Shown here: one piece after another, positions 19,812 through 29,816 of the stretch
How positions within the stretch are numbered: the stretch's first letter is position 1
How the letters are laid out: each line of letters starts with the position of its first letter
From: Planctomycetota bacterium
Lineage (GTDB): Bacteria > Planctomycetota > PLA2 > JAEUHO01
Assembly: GCA_965223505.1 (NCBI GenBank)
Contig: CBDCWP010000030.1
Location: 160,001 to 224,000, forward strand
Direction of reading: 5' to 3'
DNA: 64,000 nucleotides
Program-made: the position numbers and the translations under genes
The notes under the pieces: generated by a model
Told to the model about the DNA's origin: nothing
Database searches by the model: none
Seen by the model: the letters and a program-made list of their open reading frames with translations, nothing else

Positions 19812-20699
19812 CACGTCGACGTAGTCCCTGCGGTCGAAGTGGGTCGCGTAGTCGAGCTCGACGAGCGTCATGAACGCGCCGACGAACCGAGCGCGCGCCG
19901 GCAGCCCGTCGTCGTCGCTCGCGTACGCCGCCAGCGTCGCCGCGAGCAAGTGCTCGCCGCCCCACGGATAGGGCGCCGAGACGTCCATCGCCGGATCGCC
20001 GAACGAGAGGTCACCCCAGTCGATGATGCCCGCCAGGGCGTGTGGCGGCTTGCGATCGAGCATCAGGTGCTCGGCGTGCGGGTCGCTGTGCACCAGCACG
20101 TCCGGTCCCGCGAACGCGTCCGGAAGGGCACGGCCGGCGTCGAAGAACGCCTCCATGCGCTCGCGCAGCGGCTGTTCGAGATGATGGAAGTACGACGGTG
20201 CGCGGTCGCGAAGCTCGGGCAAGCTGCGCCCGCGCCCCGGCACGTCGGCGCAAACCGCTTCGACGTCCTCGCGCGGAACCGCATGCAGCTTGCGAAGCTC
20301 ACGGCCGAAGGACGTACCGAGCGCGTCCAGGTCGACATCGCCGGGTTGCTTCAGGTAAGCCTGCACACCGTCGAGCAGGTCGTAGAAGCCGAACACGAAC
20401 GGAAACGCCTCGTCGCTGTGCAACGCGCCGTCGTAGCGCGGCACCGGAATCGCGAGGCGGCGTTCGATGATCGGCAGAAGCGCGTGCTCGCGTCGGAGCC
20501 GCGCCTGCTCGCGCGCGCGTTTCGGAAAGCGAGCCACGTGGCGTCGGTTCACGAGGTAGGCCCAGAAGTCCCACCCTTCGCCGAGCCGCTCGACCGCGAA
20601 CGGCGCGAGATCCGGCCGCACACGCGACACGATCGCGCGTACGTCCTCGGTCTCGAGGGTGAGATCGGAGTCCCAGGGGTTGCGGTTCGTCGGCGACAC
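19776..20699 (-). CDS. APH-family phosphotransferase
   Basis: LGEGWD, ARFPK, LVHSDPHAEH, GIIDWGD. Confidence 0.85.
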   Translation of the reverse strand: MSPTNRNPWDSDLTLETEDVRAIVSRVRPDLAPFAVERLGEGWDFWAYLVNRRHVARFPKRAREQARLRREHALLPIIERRLAIPVPRYDGALHSDEAFPFVFGFYDLLDGVQAYLKQPGDVDLDALGTSFGRELRKLHAVPREDVEAVCADVPGRGRSLPELRDRAPSYFHHLEQPLRERMEAFFDAGRALPDAFAGPDVLVHSDPHAEHLMLDRKPPHALAGIIDWGDLSFGDPAMDVSAPYPWGGEHLLAATLAAYASDDDGLPARARFVGAFMTLVELDYATHFDRRDYVDVLCDVLRRVPSV

Positions 20700-20774
20700 G
20701 GCGGGGACTGTAGCGATTTGTGCCCCGCGCGTGGGCCCAAGCGGTACCTTTTGGGGCCCTTCGGGAGAATCGCC

Positions 20775-21827
20775 ATGTCGAACCGAATCATCGCTCTCTC
20801 GGTGCTGCTGTTGTGCTGTGCGCCGCTCGCCGTCGCCGAAGACGAAGTGAAGATCCCCGGCTACAGCGTCAAGGACCTCGTCTTCACGCCCGAGGACATG
20901 AGCAAGGACTGGACCGAGGTCTCGGAAGAGAACGCGTCCAAGACGGCGCCGACGGCGGCGCGCCTGCGCGACCTGGGAACGGCGATCGGCGTCCCGAAGG
21001 AAGCCGTGCACGTCGAGTCGCGTACGTTGCGGCACGGACCGAGCAACGGCATCGTCGTACTCTCGTTGGTCGACATCGACGCCGATCCCAAGACCTTCAC
21101 GGCGGGACTGAAGCTCAACGCCGGCGTGCTGGGCTGGCACGTGGAGGAGCTCGGCAGCCCCATGCGCCTGTTGATCGCCTCGGCAGGGGAGCTCTCGAAG
21201 GGCGCCGCCGGTTGGCAGAAGGGCATCGCCGTCTACAAGCTCGCCGCGCTGGGCTGGAGCCGGCTCACGCAGGCCGGTGATCGCGAGTCCTTCATGGCCG
21301 CGCGCGAGCTGCTGATGACGGGCTTGCGCATCGAGCCCGAGGCCGGCGTCGTACACGCGACGATCGGCCGCTTGCTGTGGGCGCAGCGCCAGCAGGACGC
21401 GGCGGCCGAGCGCTTCGCGCTGGCGCTGAAGAAGGGCGCGCCGTTGCCGCCGAAGGGACCGTTGGCCGCGGACGCCGCCGGCACGTACGGCCTCGCGCTG
21501 CTCCTGAAGGAGGACGACGCGGTGCTCGAGGAAGCGTTGCGCGTGCTCAAGATGTCGGTGGACATGGAGAAGCACGCCCGCATTCCGCAGGCGAAGTTCA
21601 ACAACCGCTACAACCTGGCGTGCGCCTACGCGCGCCTGGGCAAGAAGGACGAGGCGTTCGCCGAGCTCGACCGCAGCCTGGCGCTCGGCAAGGAGGTCAT
21701 GAACGCCGAGGGCTACGCGCAGGCGTACGAACACTGCAAGGAGAACGACCCGGACATGTCGACCTTGCGGGAGGACCCGCGCTTCGAAGAGCTCATGAAG
21801 AAGCACGCGCCCGGCGACGGCGCCTGA
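20775..21827 (+). CDS. Secreted TPR protein
   Basis: Signal peptide; YNLACAYARLG and DPDMSTLREDPRF C-terminal TPR-end motif. Confidence 0.75.
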   Translation: MSNRIIALSVLLLCCAPLAVAEDEVKIPGYSVKDLVFTPEDMSKDWTEVSEENASKTAPTAARLRDLGTAIGVPKEAVHVESRTLRHGPSNGIVVLSLVDIDADPKTFTAGLKLNAGVLGWHVEELGSPMRLLIASAGELSKGAAGWQKGIAVYKLAALGWSRLTQAGDRESFMAARELLMTGLRIEPEAGVVHATIGRLLWAQRQQDAAAERFALALKKGAPLPPKGPLAADAAGTYGLALLLKEDDAVLEEALRVLKMSVDMEKHARIPQAKFNNRYNLACAYARLGKKDEAFAELDRSLALGKEVMNAEGYAQAYEHCKENDPDMSTLREDPRFEELMKKHAPGDGA

Positions 21828-21840
21828 ACCCCGCGCACCG

Positions 21841-22656
21841 ATGACCACGTCGTATCGCGAGCTCCTGCGGGTCGAACCCGGAAGGACGCTGCGCCTGAGC
21901 GACCACGACCCCGCGGCCACGCCCGGCTGCGACGGAAAGAAGGACGCCAAGAGCCGGCTGAAGCCGCTCTTGAAGCAGCTGTACGACCTGCAGTACCTGA
22001 TGCATGCCGAAGACAAGCGGCGGATGCTGATCGTGCTGCAGGGGATGGATGCCGCCGGCAAGAGCGGCGCCGTGCGCTGTGTCATGTCCGGGCTGAACCC
22101 GCTCGGTTGCGAAACGACGTCGTTCAAGAAGCCCTCGAAGGAGGAGCTCGACCACGGATACCTTTGGCGCATCCACAAGGCGATGCCGCGGCGTGGAAAC
22201 ATCGGCGTGTTCGACCGGTCGCACTACGAGGACGTCGTCGTCGTGCGCGTCCTCGAGCTCGTGCCGGAGGCCGTCTGGCGTCCGCGCTACGAGGAGATCA
22301 ACCGCTTCGAGCAGATGCTGGCCGACAACGACACGCTGATCCTGAAGTTCTTCCTCCACATCGGCAAGGACGAGCAGAAAGACCGGTTGCAGGAGCGTCT
22401 CGACAACCCGCAGCGGCAGTGGAAGATCTCGCCCTACGACTTCGAAGCGCGCAAGCAGTGGGACGACTACATGGCCGCCTACGAAGAGGCTTTGTCGCGC
22501 TGCAGCACCGCGCACGGACCTTGGTTCGTGATTCCATCTGACAACAAGTGGTTCCGCAACCTGGCCGTCACCAGCATCGTGGTCGATACGCTCGCGGCGC
22601 AGTCGATGAAGTTTCCCGCCCCGTCCATCGACATCTCGAAGATCGTCTTGGAGTGA
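21841..22656 (+). CDS. ppk2: Polyphosphate kinase 2 family (class III-like)
   Basis: LQGMDAAGKSG, FDRSHYEDV, KFFLHI, PWFVIPSDNKWFRN. Confidence 0.92.
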   Translation: MTTSYRELLRVEPGRTLRLSDHDPAATPGCDGKKDAKSRLKPLLKQLYDLQYLMHAEDKRRMLIVLQGMDAAGKSGAVRCVMSGLNPLGCETTSFKKPSKEELDHGYLWRIHKAMPRRGNIGVFDRSHYEDVVVVRVLELVPEAVWRPRYEEINRFEQMLADNDTLILKFFLHIGKDEQKDRLQERLDNPQRQWKISPYDFEARKQWDDYMAAYEEALSRCSTAHGPWFVIPSDNKWFRNLAVTSIVVDTLAAQSMKFPAPSIDISKIVLE

Positions 22657-22702
22657 CCGAAGGCCCGGTCGGCGGCGCCCACGGCGCCGGTAGCATGGCG
22701 GC

Positions 22703-23719
22703 GTGCTACGGCTGCTCCTGCCCGCAACGCTGATCCTCTCGACCGTGGTCTGCGCCGCCGACGAAACGACGACGGCGCCGACGATCGCCATCGGCGAGGC
22801 GGAGCTGCTGAAGGGGCCCAACGCTTTGGTGCGGTCGGTGAGGTACAGCCCCGACGGCACGCTGCTCGCGGCGGGCGAGTCCGACCGAACACTGTGGATC
22901 TTCGACAGCAAGACGCGCAAGAAGCTCGGCACGGCGACGTACCCCCCCGGCAAGGGCTGAGGCCCGTGAGTGGCGTCCGTCGCCTTCGGTCCGGAGGGCA
23001 AACAGATCGTCGCGGGCTGCACCGACGGACACCTGCGCCTTCACAGGGCGCCGAGCACCGCCGACGTGCGTGACATCGCCGCGCACAAGGCCGTCATCCA
23101 CGCGGCGGCGTATCACCCCTCCGGAACCTACGTCGCGTCGGGTTGCGACAACGAGACGATCAAGGTCTTCCGCGTGAAGGACGGCAAGGAGGTCGTCACG
23201 TTGAAGGGGCTTCACAAGGGCAAGACGTGGGCGCTCCACTTCACGGCGACGCAGCTGTACGCAGCCGGCAACGACGGCGTCGTACGCATCTGGAACACCG
23301 AGTCGTGGAAGCTCGAGGCCGCGCTCGAAGAGCAACCGGACGGCATTCTCTCGTTGGCGTTCACCAAAGACGGAACGCGCATGGCCTCCGTCGGCACCGG
23401 CAAGTCGATTCGGATATGGGATCTGGAGACACGCAAGATCGTGCGCGAGATGGAGAACCCGGACGGCCAGCTCTACGGCGCCGCGTTCGATCCCGAAGGC
23501 CGCCATCTCGCGACGTGTGGCGTCGGCAAGCGTCTGCGTGTGTGGGACACCCGAACCGGCGCGACGATTCATGTCACCCCGGAAGGCAAGAACACGATGT
23601 ACACGGTCGACTGGCACCCGGACGGGAGCTGGATCGCGACAGGCAGCTCCGGAGGGGCGCTCGCGCTGTACCCCGTCACGCCCGCCGCGAGACCGGACGA
23701 CGACGAAGCATCGAAGTAG
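22703..23719 (+). CDS. Secreted WD40-repeat protein, interrupted by two in-frame TGA (22958, 22967)
   Basis: Signal peptide and WD repeats (SPDGTLLA, VRIWN, IRIWD, LRVWD) continue in the same frame across the stops. Confidence 0.75.
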
Positions 23720-23832
23720 CGACACGGCACGCTTGGTAGCATGCGCGCCGTGCGCCGCATGCTCCTCTCGCTCCTTGCACTCCTGCTCGTCGTGGGCTGC
23801 TTCGTTCGAGAGATCCGCTGGAGGAGCTGCGC

Positions 23833-24468
23833 TTGAAGCCCGACGAGTTCGTCGCCCATCTCGGCGCGTGCAAGGCGTCCGCGATCCTGCGCACGGACAT
23901 CGAAGACGCCGCCGCCCCGGCGATGGACGCCGCGATTCGCGGCGGCTTCGAGATCGTCGAGTTCACGCTGACGATCCCCGGCGTTCACGATCGAATCGCC
24001 GAGTTCGCCCGGCGTGACGATGTCGTCGTCGGCGCCGGCACGGTGCTCACCGTCGAAGACGCGCGCGCGGCGGTGAAGAGCGGCGCGCGCTTTCTCGTGT
24101 CGCCGGTCGTCAGCGACGCGGTGATCGAGGAGGCGCTGGCGCTCGACGTCGCGATCATGCCGGGCGTGCACACCCCCACCGAGATGCTCAACGCGTACGG
24201 CGCGGGCGCGCGGCTTCAGAAGCTATTCCCCGCACCGGGCCTCGGGCCGGCCTACGTCAAGGCGTGCCTGGGACCGATGCCGTTCCTCAACATCGTGCCC
24301 ACCAACGGCGCCGACGCGGACAACGCCCGTGCGTGGCTGGACGCGGGCGCGCACGCGCTGGGATTCGTGGCGCCGTTGTTCGACACGCAGGAACTGGCCG
24401 ACGGGCGCTTCGACCTCGTCGAGGCGCGCGCGCGACGCATCGTCACGGCGGTCAACGCGAGCGGTTGA
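23833..24468 (+). CDS. eda: KDPG/KHG aldolase
   Basis: EFTL, VGAGTVL, GARFLVSP, PGVHTPTE, KLFPA, VPTNG. Confidence 0.9.
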   Translation: MKPDEFVAHLGACKASAILRTDIEDAAAPAMDAAIRGGFEIVEFTLTIPGVHDRIAEFARRDDVVVGAGTVLTVEDARAAVKSGARFLVSPVVSDAVIEEALALDVAIMPGVHTPTEMLNAYGAGARLQKLFPAPGLGPAYVKACLGPMPFLNIVPTNGADADNARAWLDAGAHALGFVAPLFDTQELADGRFDLVEARARRIVTAVNASG

Positions 24469-24483
24469 CGCTATCCTGCGCGG

Positions 24484-24846
24484 ATGCCCATCCACATCGA
24501 GAGCCCTTCCGTGATCGAAGCCGCCGGCAACAAGCCGAAGCGCATCGAGGAGTACGTCGGTCGCGTGAACAGCGCCGACACCGCTGTGAGCATCGCGCGC
24601 ATGCAATCCCCCGCGGGGTGGCGAGAGCCGGGACAGCGTCCGCAGTTCGACGAGTACACGCTCGTGCTGTCGGGAACGCTGCGCGTGGAGCACGAAGGCG
24701 GCGAGCTCGCCGTCGCGGCGGGACAGGCGGTCGTCACGCGGGCCGGCGAGTGGGTGCGATACGCGACACCCGACGGCGCGTGCGAGTACGTGGCCGTCTG
24801 CCTCCCGGCGTTCTCGCCCGAAACGGTGCACCGGGACGCCGACTGA
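24484..24846 (+). CDS. Cupin-domain protein
   Basis: KRIEEYVGRVN, EPGQRPQFDEY, PAFSP. Confidence 0.85.
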   Translation: MPIHIESPSVIEAAGNKPKRIEEYVGRVNSADTAVSIARMQSPAGWREPGQRPQFDEYTLVLSGTLRVEHEGGELAVAAGQAVVTRAGEWVRYATPDGACEYVAVCLPAFSPETVHRDAD

Positions 24847-24980
24847 TCCCCATTTTCAGGGAGTCACACCGCCGTCATCGAGACCGCCGGGGATCCGGCA
24901 GCCGCCTCCCCTACCGATATACTCATGGCCAGCACAGCCGCATCCGGCCGGTTGTTCACTCTCTGAGAGGAACCGGGACG

Positions 24981-25205
24981 ATGAAGAGAACGCACTTCAC
25001 CCGTCTGGCTGTCATCGCGATCTTGCTGGTGGCGGCGGCGGGCATGACCACGGCCTGTGGCGGCGGCGGCGGCGCGGTCGCCGGCGCGCTCGTCGGCGGC
25101 ATCGTAGGCGCGGGCATCGGCTCCGCGCTCGACGACTGCCACCACTACCACTGCGATCCGTACTACTACAAGCCGGGGGATCCGGGCTACGACGACACCT
25201 GGTAG
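24981..25205 (+). CDS. Small glycine-zipper lipoprotein
   Basis: Lipobox TTAC; GAVAGALVGGIVGAGIG; GAGG RBS. Confidence 0.7.
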   Translation: MKRTHFTRLAVIAILLVAAAGMTTACGGGGGAVAGALVGGIVGAGIGSALDDCHHYHCDPYYYKPGDPGYDDTW

Positions 25206-25227
25206 TCGTTCGCCGGAGACGAACCTC

Positions 25228-25266
25228 GACGCCACTCGCCCCTCGCGGCGGGTGGCGTCTTGCGTT
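25228..25266 (+). terminator. Terminator-like hairpin
   Basis: GACGCCACTCGCC/GGCGGGTGGCGTC 13-bp stem (one G-U); weak U-tract. Confidence 0.4.
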
Positions 25267-25339
25267 CCGGGCTCGGTCTCGAAGACCGGTCGGGCCGGCG
25301 CCGAGCGCGGAAGCGACGAGACGCTCGTAGACTCCGCGC

Positions 25340-26584
25340 GTGAGCGAACACGTCGACATCGCCGTCGTCGGAGCGGGCGCGGCCGGTCTGATGGCCGGGA
25401 TCTTCGCCGGCCGCACGGCGCCGTCGGCACGCGTCGTCGTGGTCGACGGCGCCAAGACGATCGGCGCGAAGATCCTGGTCGCCGGCGGCGGCCGCTGCAA
25501 CGTGACCCATGAGTCGGTCGACGCTTCGGCGTTCGCCGGCGCCTCCCGCAACGCGATCGGCAAGGTGCTGCGCCACTTCGACGTCCCGGACACGATCGCG
25601 TTCTTCCGCGATCTGGGCGTCGAGCTCAAACGCGAGGAGACGGGCAAGCTCTTCCCGACCACCGACAAAGCGCGCACCGTCTTGGACGCGTTGCTGGGTG
25701 CGTTGTCGGATGTGGGCGTGACGCTTCGGCACCCGTTCCGCGTGGAGACAGTCGAGCGAACGGACGCAGGCTTCGCCGTCGAGGGTCCCCAGGGGCGCCT
25801 CGAAGCGGGTTGCGTCGTGCTCGCCACCGGCGGCAAGAGCTTGCCCAAGTCGGGATCCGACGGCCACGGGTACGAGATCTCCCGTTCGCTCGGTCACACA
25901 GTGACGCCGCGCGTCTTTCCGGCGCTGGTGCCCTTGCTGCTACCGGAGGGTCACTTCGTACGCGAGTTGAGCGGCATCACGCTGCCGGCGCGACTCGCGG
26001 TCGTGGGGCCGACCGGCAGGGAGCTCGTGTCGTTCACGAACTCGACGTTGTGTACGCACTTCGGACTGTCCGGGCCGTCAGCGCTCGACATCAGCCGGTA
26101 CCTGCTCGACGCGCAGGCCGACGATGCGGGAGCGCAGTTGCGCGTGAGCTGGCTGCCGGGCGAGGACGAGGGATCCATCGATTCGTGGCTGCGGGAGGCG
26201 CGCAGTGTGACGCTGGAGCAACATCTCTCGACGCGGCTCCCCCAGCGCATGGCGACGGCGCTCTGCGCGCAGGCCGGTCTCGAACCCGGCGCGACGGGCG
26301 ATCAGCTCACGCGCCGGCGTCGCAAGGCGTTGGGCCGCGCGTTGGTGTCGATGGCGCTGCCCGTCGCGGGTCAACGTGGGTGGGCGTTCGCCGAGGTGAC
26401 GGCCGGCGGCGTACCGCTCGACGAGCTCGACCTGCGCACGATGTCGTCGCGCGTGTGCCCGGGGTTGTATCTCTGCGGGGAGATCCTCGACGTGGACGGC
26501 CGCATCGGCGGCTTCAACTTCCAGTGGGCCTGGGCGAGCGGACATACGGTCGGGGTCGCGGTGGGACGCCGCCGGTTGGAGTGA
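25340..26584 (+). CDS. HI0933/BaiN-like flavoprotein
   Basis: GAGAAG, GGGRCNVT, ATGGKSLP..GSDG, VTAGG, GEILDVDGRIGGFN. Confidence 0.9.
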   Translation: MSEHVDIAVVGAGAAGLMAGIFAGRTAPSARVVVVDGAKTIGAKILVAGGGRCNVTHESVDASAFAGASRNAIGKVLRHFDVPDTIAFFRDLGVELKREETGKLFPTTDKARTVLDALLGALSDVGVTLRHPFRVETVERTDAGFAVEGPQGRLEAGCVVLATGGKSLPKSGSDGHGYEISRSLGHTVTPRVFPALVPLLLPEGHFVRELSGITLPARLAVVGPTGRELVSFTNSTLCTHFGLSGPSALDISRYLLDAQADDAGAQLRVSWLPGEDEGSIDSWLREARSVTLEQHLSTRLPQRMATALCAQAGLEPGATGDQLTRRRRKALGRALVSMALPVAGQRGWAFAEVTAGGVPLDELDLRTMSSRVCPGLYLCGEILDVDGRIGGFNFQWAWASGHTVGVAVGRRRLE

Positions 26585-26675
26585 GGCGACGGGATGAGTC
26601 CTGTGGGCGCGAGGACGTCGGAAGCGGAAGGCTCTTCCTTGCCCGCTGCAAGGCGCGGACGTAGCGTGCGCGCCC

Positions 26676-27599
26676 ATGGCGCTGGTGCGGCTCGGACAGC
26701 TCAAGGACCTCTCCGTGCCCCTGGCGAACGGCCTGGTACGGGTCTCGCTCGCCGGTGGAGAAGAGCGGGCCGACGCGATGATCGACGGCCTGGCCGCGCT
26801 CGCGAAGCTGGCCCACCTGCTGCCGACCCGTCTTCGCAGCTCGCCGGCGAACCTGTGCCGGCTGGGTGCGAACGCGCCGTCGGCGAAGGCGCTGTTCGAC
26901 GGCTTCATCGCGCGCGTGGCCCACGCGTTCAAGCAGTACGCGCGGCTGCATGCGCACGGCGTCGACGCGATCCTGCCCGACATTCGCTTCGAGGCGGGCG
27001 CCAAGGCGCTGCTGTCACAGACCTACGACCGGTACGGCGCAGCGGTGTGCGTCGTCCCCCACTGCGTCGGGTCCGTGCTGTCGGCCGCCCGGCTCGGCCG
27101 CGACTTCCCGGCGCGCTTCCTCGTGCGCGAACCGAAGTCGAAGCGCCGCCGCGCGATCCAGATGCCGCTGCTCGACAAGCTCGGCATGGACCTGGTACGC
27201 GTGCGCAGGCATTCGCGGGCGGAGCGCGGGCGTCAGATCCTGCGCGCGCTACGAGACGGCGCGATCCTGATCGGGACCACGGACCTGGCGCGTCCGACCC
27301 CCGAGCGGATTCGCGTGTCCGTGTTCGGACATCGCGCTTCGTTGCCGGGTTGGCCCGCCCGCTTCGCGACACGCCGCGGCATTCCCATCATCCCGAGCTA
27401 CGTGCGCATCAGAGACGGCGCCGTCTGGATTCGTTTCGCGCAGCCCGTCGTGACCGAAGACGAGACCGAGGCGACGGCGCGCTGGGCAGCCGCATTCGAG
27501 CGGGAGATCCTCGCCAGTCCGAGTGACTGGGTGTTCCAGTTCGACAAGCAGTGGAAGCGCAATCTCGCCGCGGCGGTCGAGGCGCGACGACGACGCTAG
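26676..27599 (+). CDS. LpxL/HtrB-like lipid acyltransferase
   Basis: PHCVG, ILIGTTD, FEREILASPSDWVFQFDKQWK. Confidence 0.6.
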   Translation: MALVRLGQLKDLSVPLANGLVRVSLAGGEERADAMIDGLAALAKLAHLLPTRLRSSPANLCRLGANAPSAKALFDGFIARVAHAFKQYARLHAHGVDAILPDIRFEAGAKALLSQTYDRYGAAVCVVPHCVGSVLSAARLGRDFPARFLVREPKSKRRRAIQMPLLDKLGMDLVRVRRHSRAERGRQILRALRDGAILIGTTDLARPTPERIRVSVFGHRASLPGWPARFATRRGIPIIPSYVRIRDGAVWIRFAQPVVTEDETEATARWAAAFEREILASPSDWVFQFDKQWKRNLAAAVEARRRR

Positions 27600-28486
27600 C
27601 TCTGGTCGCTGCTGTTCCCGTCGCTCCAGCGCCCCGACGGCGGAAGCGTCGAGACCAGGCCCGGCCCCGCGCCGTCGTTGCCGACCGGAGACGGCGGCGG
27701 AGGCGGCGGCGCCGCCGCGGTCTGTTGCGCACCGGTTTCCGCATACGGCGACGTGTAGCCGACGTTCGAGGACGAGGCGCCGTAGGCGTCCATCTCGAAC
27801 TGGTTGTACGACAACGGCTGGCGGGTCGACCCGCCGCCGCCGGCGACCTTCATCAGTACGATCAGGAGCAGTGTCACACCCAGCGCGATCGCGCCGTAGA
27901 GCACGACCTTCGGCAGCCCCTTGTCGATCTTCACCGACTCGACCATGCGGTTCCAGTCGGTCTGCGCCGCGGGGAACTCGCCATCGAGTGTCTGCATCAT
28001 GACGACGACGATGAACTCGCCGCACGCGATCGAGAGGATGCGCACCGTGTGCTCCTCACCCGTCGCGTCGGCTTCCATCATGATCTCGACGGCGTCGTAC
28101 TCACCCACCTTGCGCTTCTTGAACGAGAACCCCTCGCCCATCCGGCTCTGGAGCAGCTGGATCTGGTCCATGCCCAGATCCTCGACGCTCTCGATCTCGT
28201 GCCCGGACTTCACGTCGACGCGACTCACCATGATCGTGCCGCGCGGTTCCGTCTCCAGGCCGGCGATGAAGACCGTCACCTCGGGCATGCCGTCGATCGG
28301 AAGATTGCCCAGCTTGGACGTGATCTTCATGTCGCCGGATCCCGACAGGCTCATGGCTTCGACGAAGCCGCTCGGCACTTCGAGTACGTAGCCGTCTCCC
28401 TCGAGCTTCTCACCGGCGTAGGCCGGGGAAACCGCGACGGACAGAGCCAGGAGAACCGAACACGTCAGGAGGATGAAGCGCTTCAC
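27596..28486 (-). CDS. Exported protein with C-terminal TM anchor
   Basis: Signal peptide, TM segment, Pro-rich tail. Confidence 0.6.
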   Translation of the reverse strand: MKRFILLTCSVLLALSVAVSPAYAGEKLEGDGYVLEVPSGFVEAMSLSGSGDMKITSKLGNLPIDGMPEVTVFIAGLETEPRGTIMVSRVDVKSGHEIESVEDLGMDQIQLLQSRMGEGFSFKKRKVGEYDAVEIMMEADATGEEHTVRILSIACGEFIVVVMMQTLDGEFPAAQTDWNRMVESVKIDKGLPKVVLYGAIALGVTLLLIVLMKVAGGGGSTRQPLSYNQFEMDAYGASSSNVGYTSPYAETGAQQTAAAPPPPPPSPVGNDGAGPGLVSTLPPSGRWSDGNSSDQS

Positions 28487-28647
28487 AGAGATCTCTAGGG
28501 GGGTCGGGATGAGTCGGAAAATCCCTATCGACCGACCCGCACGCCGGACTCAAGCCGCGCCCCAAGAGCCCTACCATCAGGGGTTTGCGCGGCGAACAGG
28601 CGACAAACGTCCTGTCCGATCGGCGCGTGCCGGGCTAACTTCTCGCG

Positions 28648-29319
28648 ATGCCCGGAGCGCTGTTCGACATCGGCTACGTACTCATGGACGAGACCCCGCG
28701 GCTGCGCGCGAGCCTGCGTTGGCTCGCCGAGCGGCTGCCGGACCTCGATGAGGCGCGTCTGCACACCGCATACGTGAGCGCGTGCACGCATCCGGACCCG
28801 GAATTCGTCAGCCTCATCTCCCAAAGCCTGGTCGGGCTGGGCCTGGACCGCGAGACGGCGCAGTCGCTTCGCAAGGCGCTGCCGTGGGACGCGGTCCCGT
28901 TGGTGCCGTACGCGGACGTCGCGGATGCGCTGGACGTACTCGCCGACGCCGGCTTCCGTCTCGGCGTGCTCGCGAATCAGCCCGCCTCGGCGCTGGACGA
29001 CCTGAGACGCGTGGGCCTCGCGGACCGCTTCGACGGCATCTGGCTCTCGGAGGCCGAAGGGCTCGCGAAGCCCGACCCGGCGTTCTTCCGCCTGGCGCTC
29101 GATGCGTGGACGCTCGCGCCCGCGACGATCGCGTACGTCGGCGACCGACCGGACAACGACGTCAAGCCTGCGAAGGCGCTGGGCATGTTCACCGCGCGCG
29201 TACGTACCGGATCGCATCGCGACCAACGGCCGGGCGACGCGGCGGAGGAACCGGACGTCGAGGCGGATACCCTGTTGGGCGCGGCGCGCGCGATCGTCGA
29301 CGCGCTGAAGGGAGCGTAG
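28648..29319 (+). CDS. HAD-superfamily hydrolase
   Basis: FDIGYVL, KPDP, VGDRPDND. Confidence 0.88.
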   Translation: MPGALFDIGYVLMDETPRLRASLRWLAERLPDLDEARLHTAYVSACTHPDPEFVSLISQSLVGLGLDRETAQSLRKALPWDAVPLVPYADVADALDVLADAGFRLGVLANQPASALDDLRRVGLADRFDGIWLSEAEGLAKPDPAFFRLALDAWTLAPATIAYVGDRPDNDVKPAKALGMFTARVRTGSHRDQRPGDAAEEPDVEADTLLGAARAIVDALKGA

Positions 29320-29321
29320 GA

Positions 29322-29816
29322 ATGGAACCGGAAATCGTCGAAAAAGGCGCGCTCAAAGTCGTCGGGATGCATACGAAGTTCATCCACGCGCTGTCGCCGG
29401 ACGCGAACGGCCACGAGATCATCGGTCCGCTGTGGGGCGCGTTCGGGCCGCACATGCCGACGATTCCGAATCGCGTCGGCGCGGATGTTTCCCACGGTGT
29501 CATGTACGCCGAGGAAGAGAAGTCGCACCCCGACGAGCTGCACTACATCGCGGGCGTGCCCGTTTCGTCGTTCGACGACGTGCCCGAAGGGATGGTGACG
29601 CGCGAGATCCCGGCGGGCACCTACGCCGTCTTCACCCTGAAGGGACCGCTCACGCAGTTCGGACGTTGGTGCGAGCAGATGTACCGCGAGTGGTTGCCGG
29701 CTTCCGCGTACGAGCACGGCGGCGGCGAAGACCTCGAGCAGTACGACGAGCGCTTCTGCTTCGACGATCCCGAGGTGTCGGTGCAGGAGTACTGGATCTC
29801 GGTGCGGCCCAAGTGA
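29322..29816 (+). CDS. GyrI-like effector-binding protein
   Basis: IPAGTYAVF, YREWLPAS, DLEQYDERF. Confidence 0.85.
   Translation: MEPEIVEKGALKVVGMHTKFIHALSPDANGHEIIGPLWGAFGPHMPTIPNRVGADVSHGVMYAEEEKSHPDELHYIAGVPVSSFDDVPEGMVTREIPAGTYAVFTLKGPLTQFGRWCEQMYREWLPASAYEHGGGEDLEQYDERFCFDDPEVSVQEYWISVRPK

Noticed and set aside
19776..20699. Acquired aminoglycoside resistance gene
   Set aside because: Generic APH-fold kinase in host-like context with no mobility signal; substrate cannot be inferred.
22958..22969. Selenocysteine or stop-codon readthrough in the WD40 gene
   Set aside because: Not a redox protein; two TGAs in a homopolymer-rich patch are better explained by indel error, and TGA is a normal stop elsewhere in the window.
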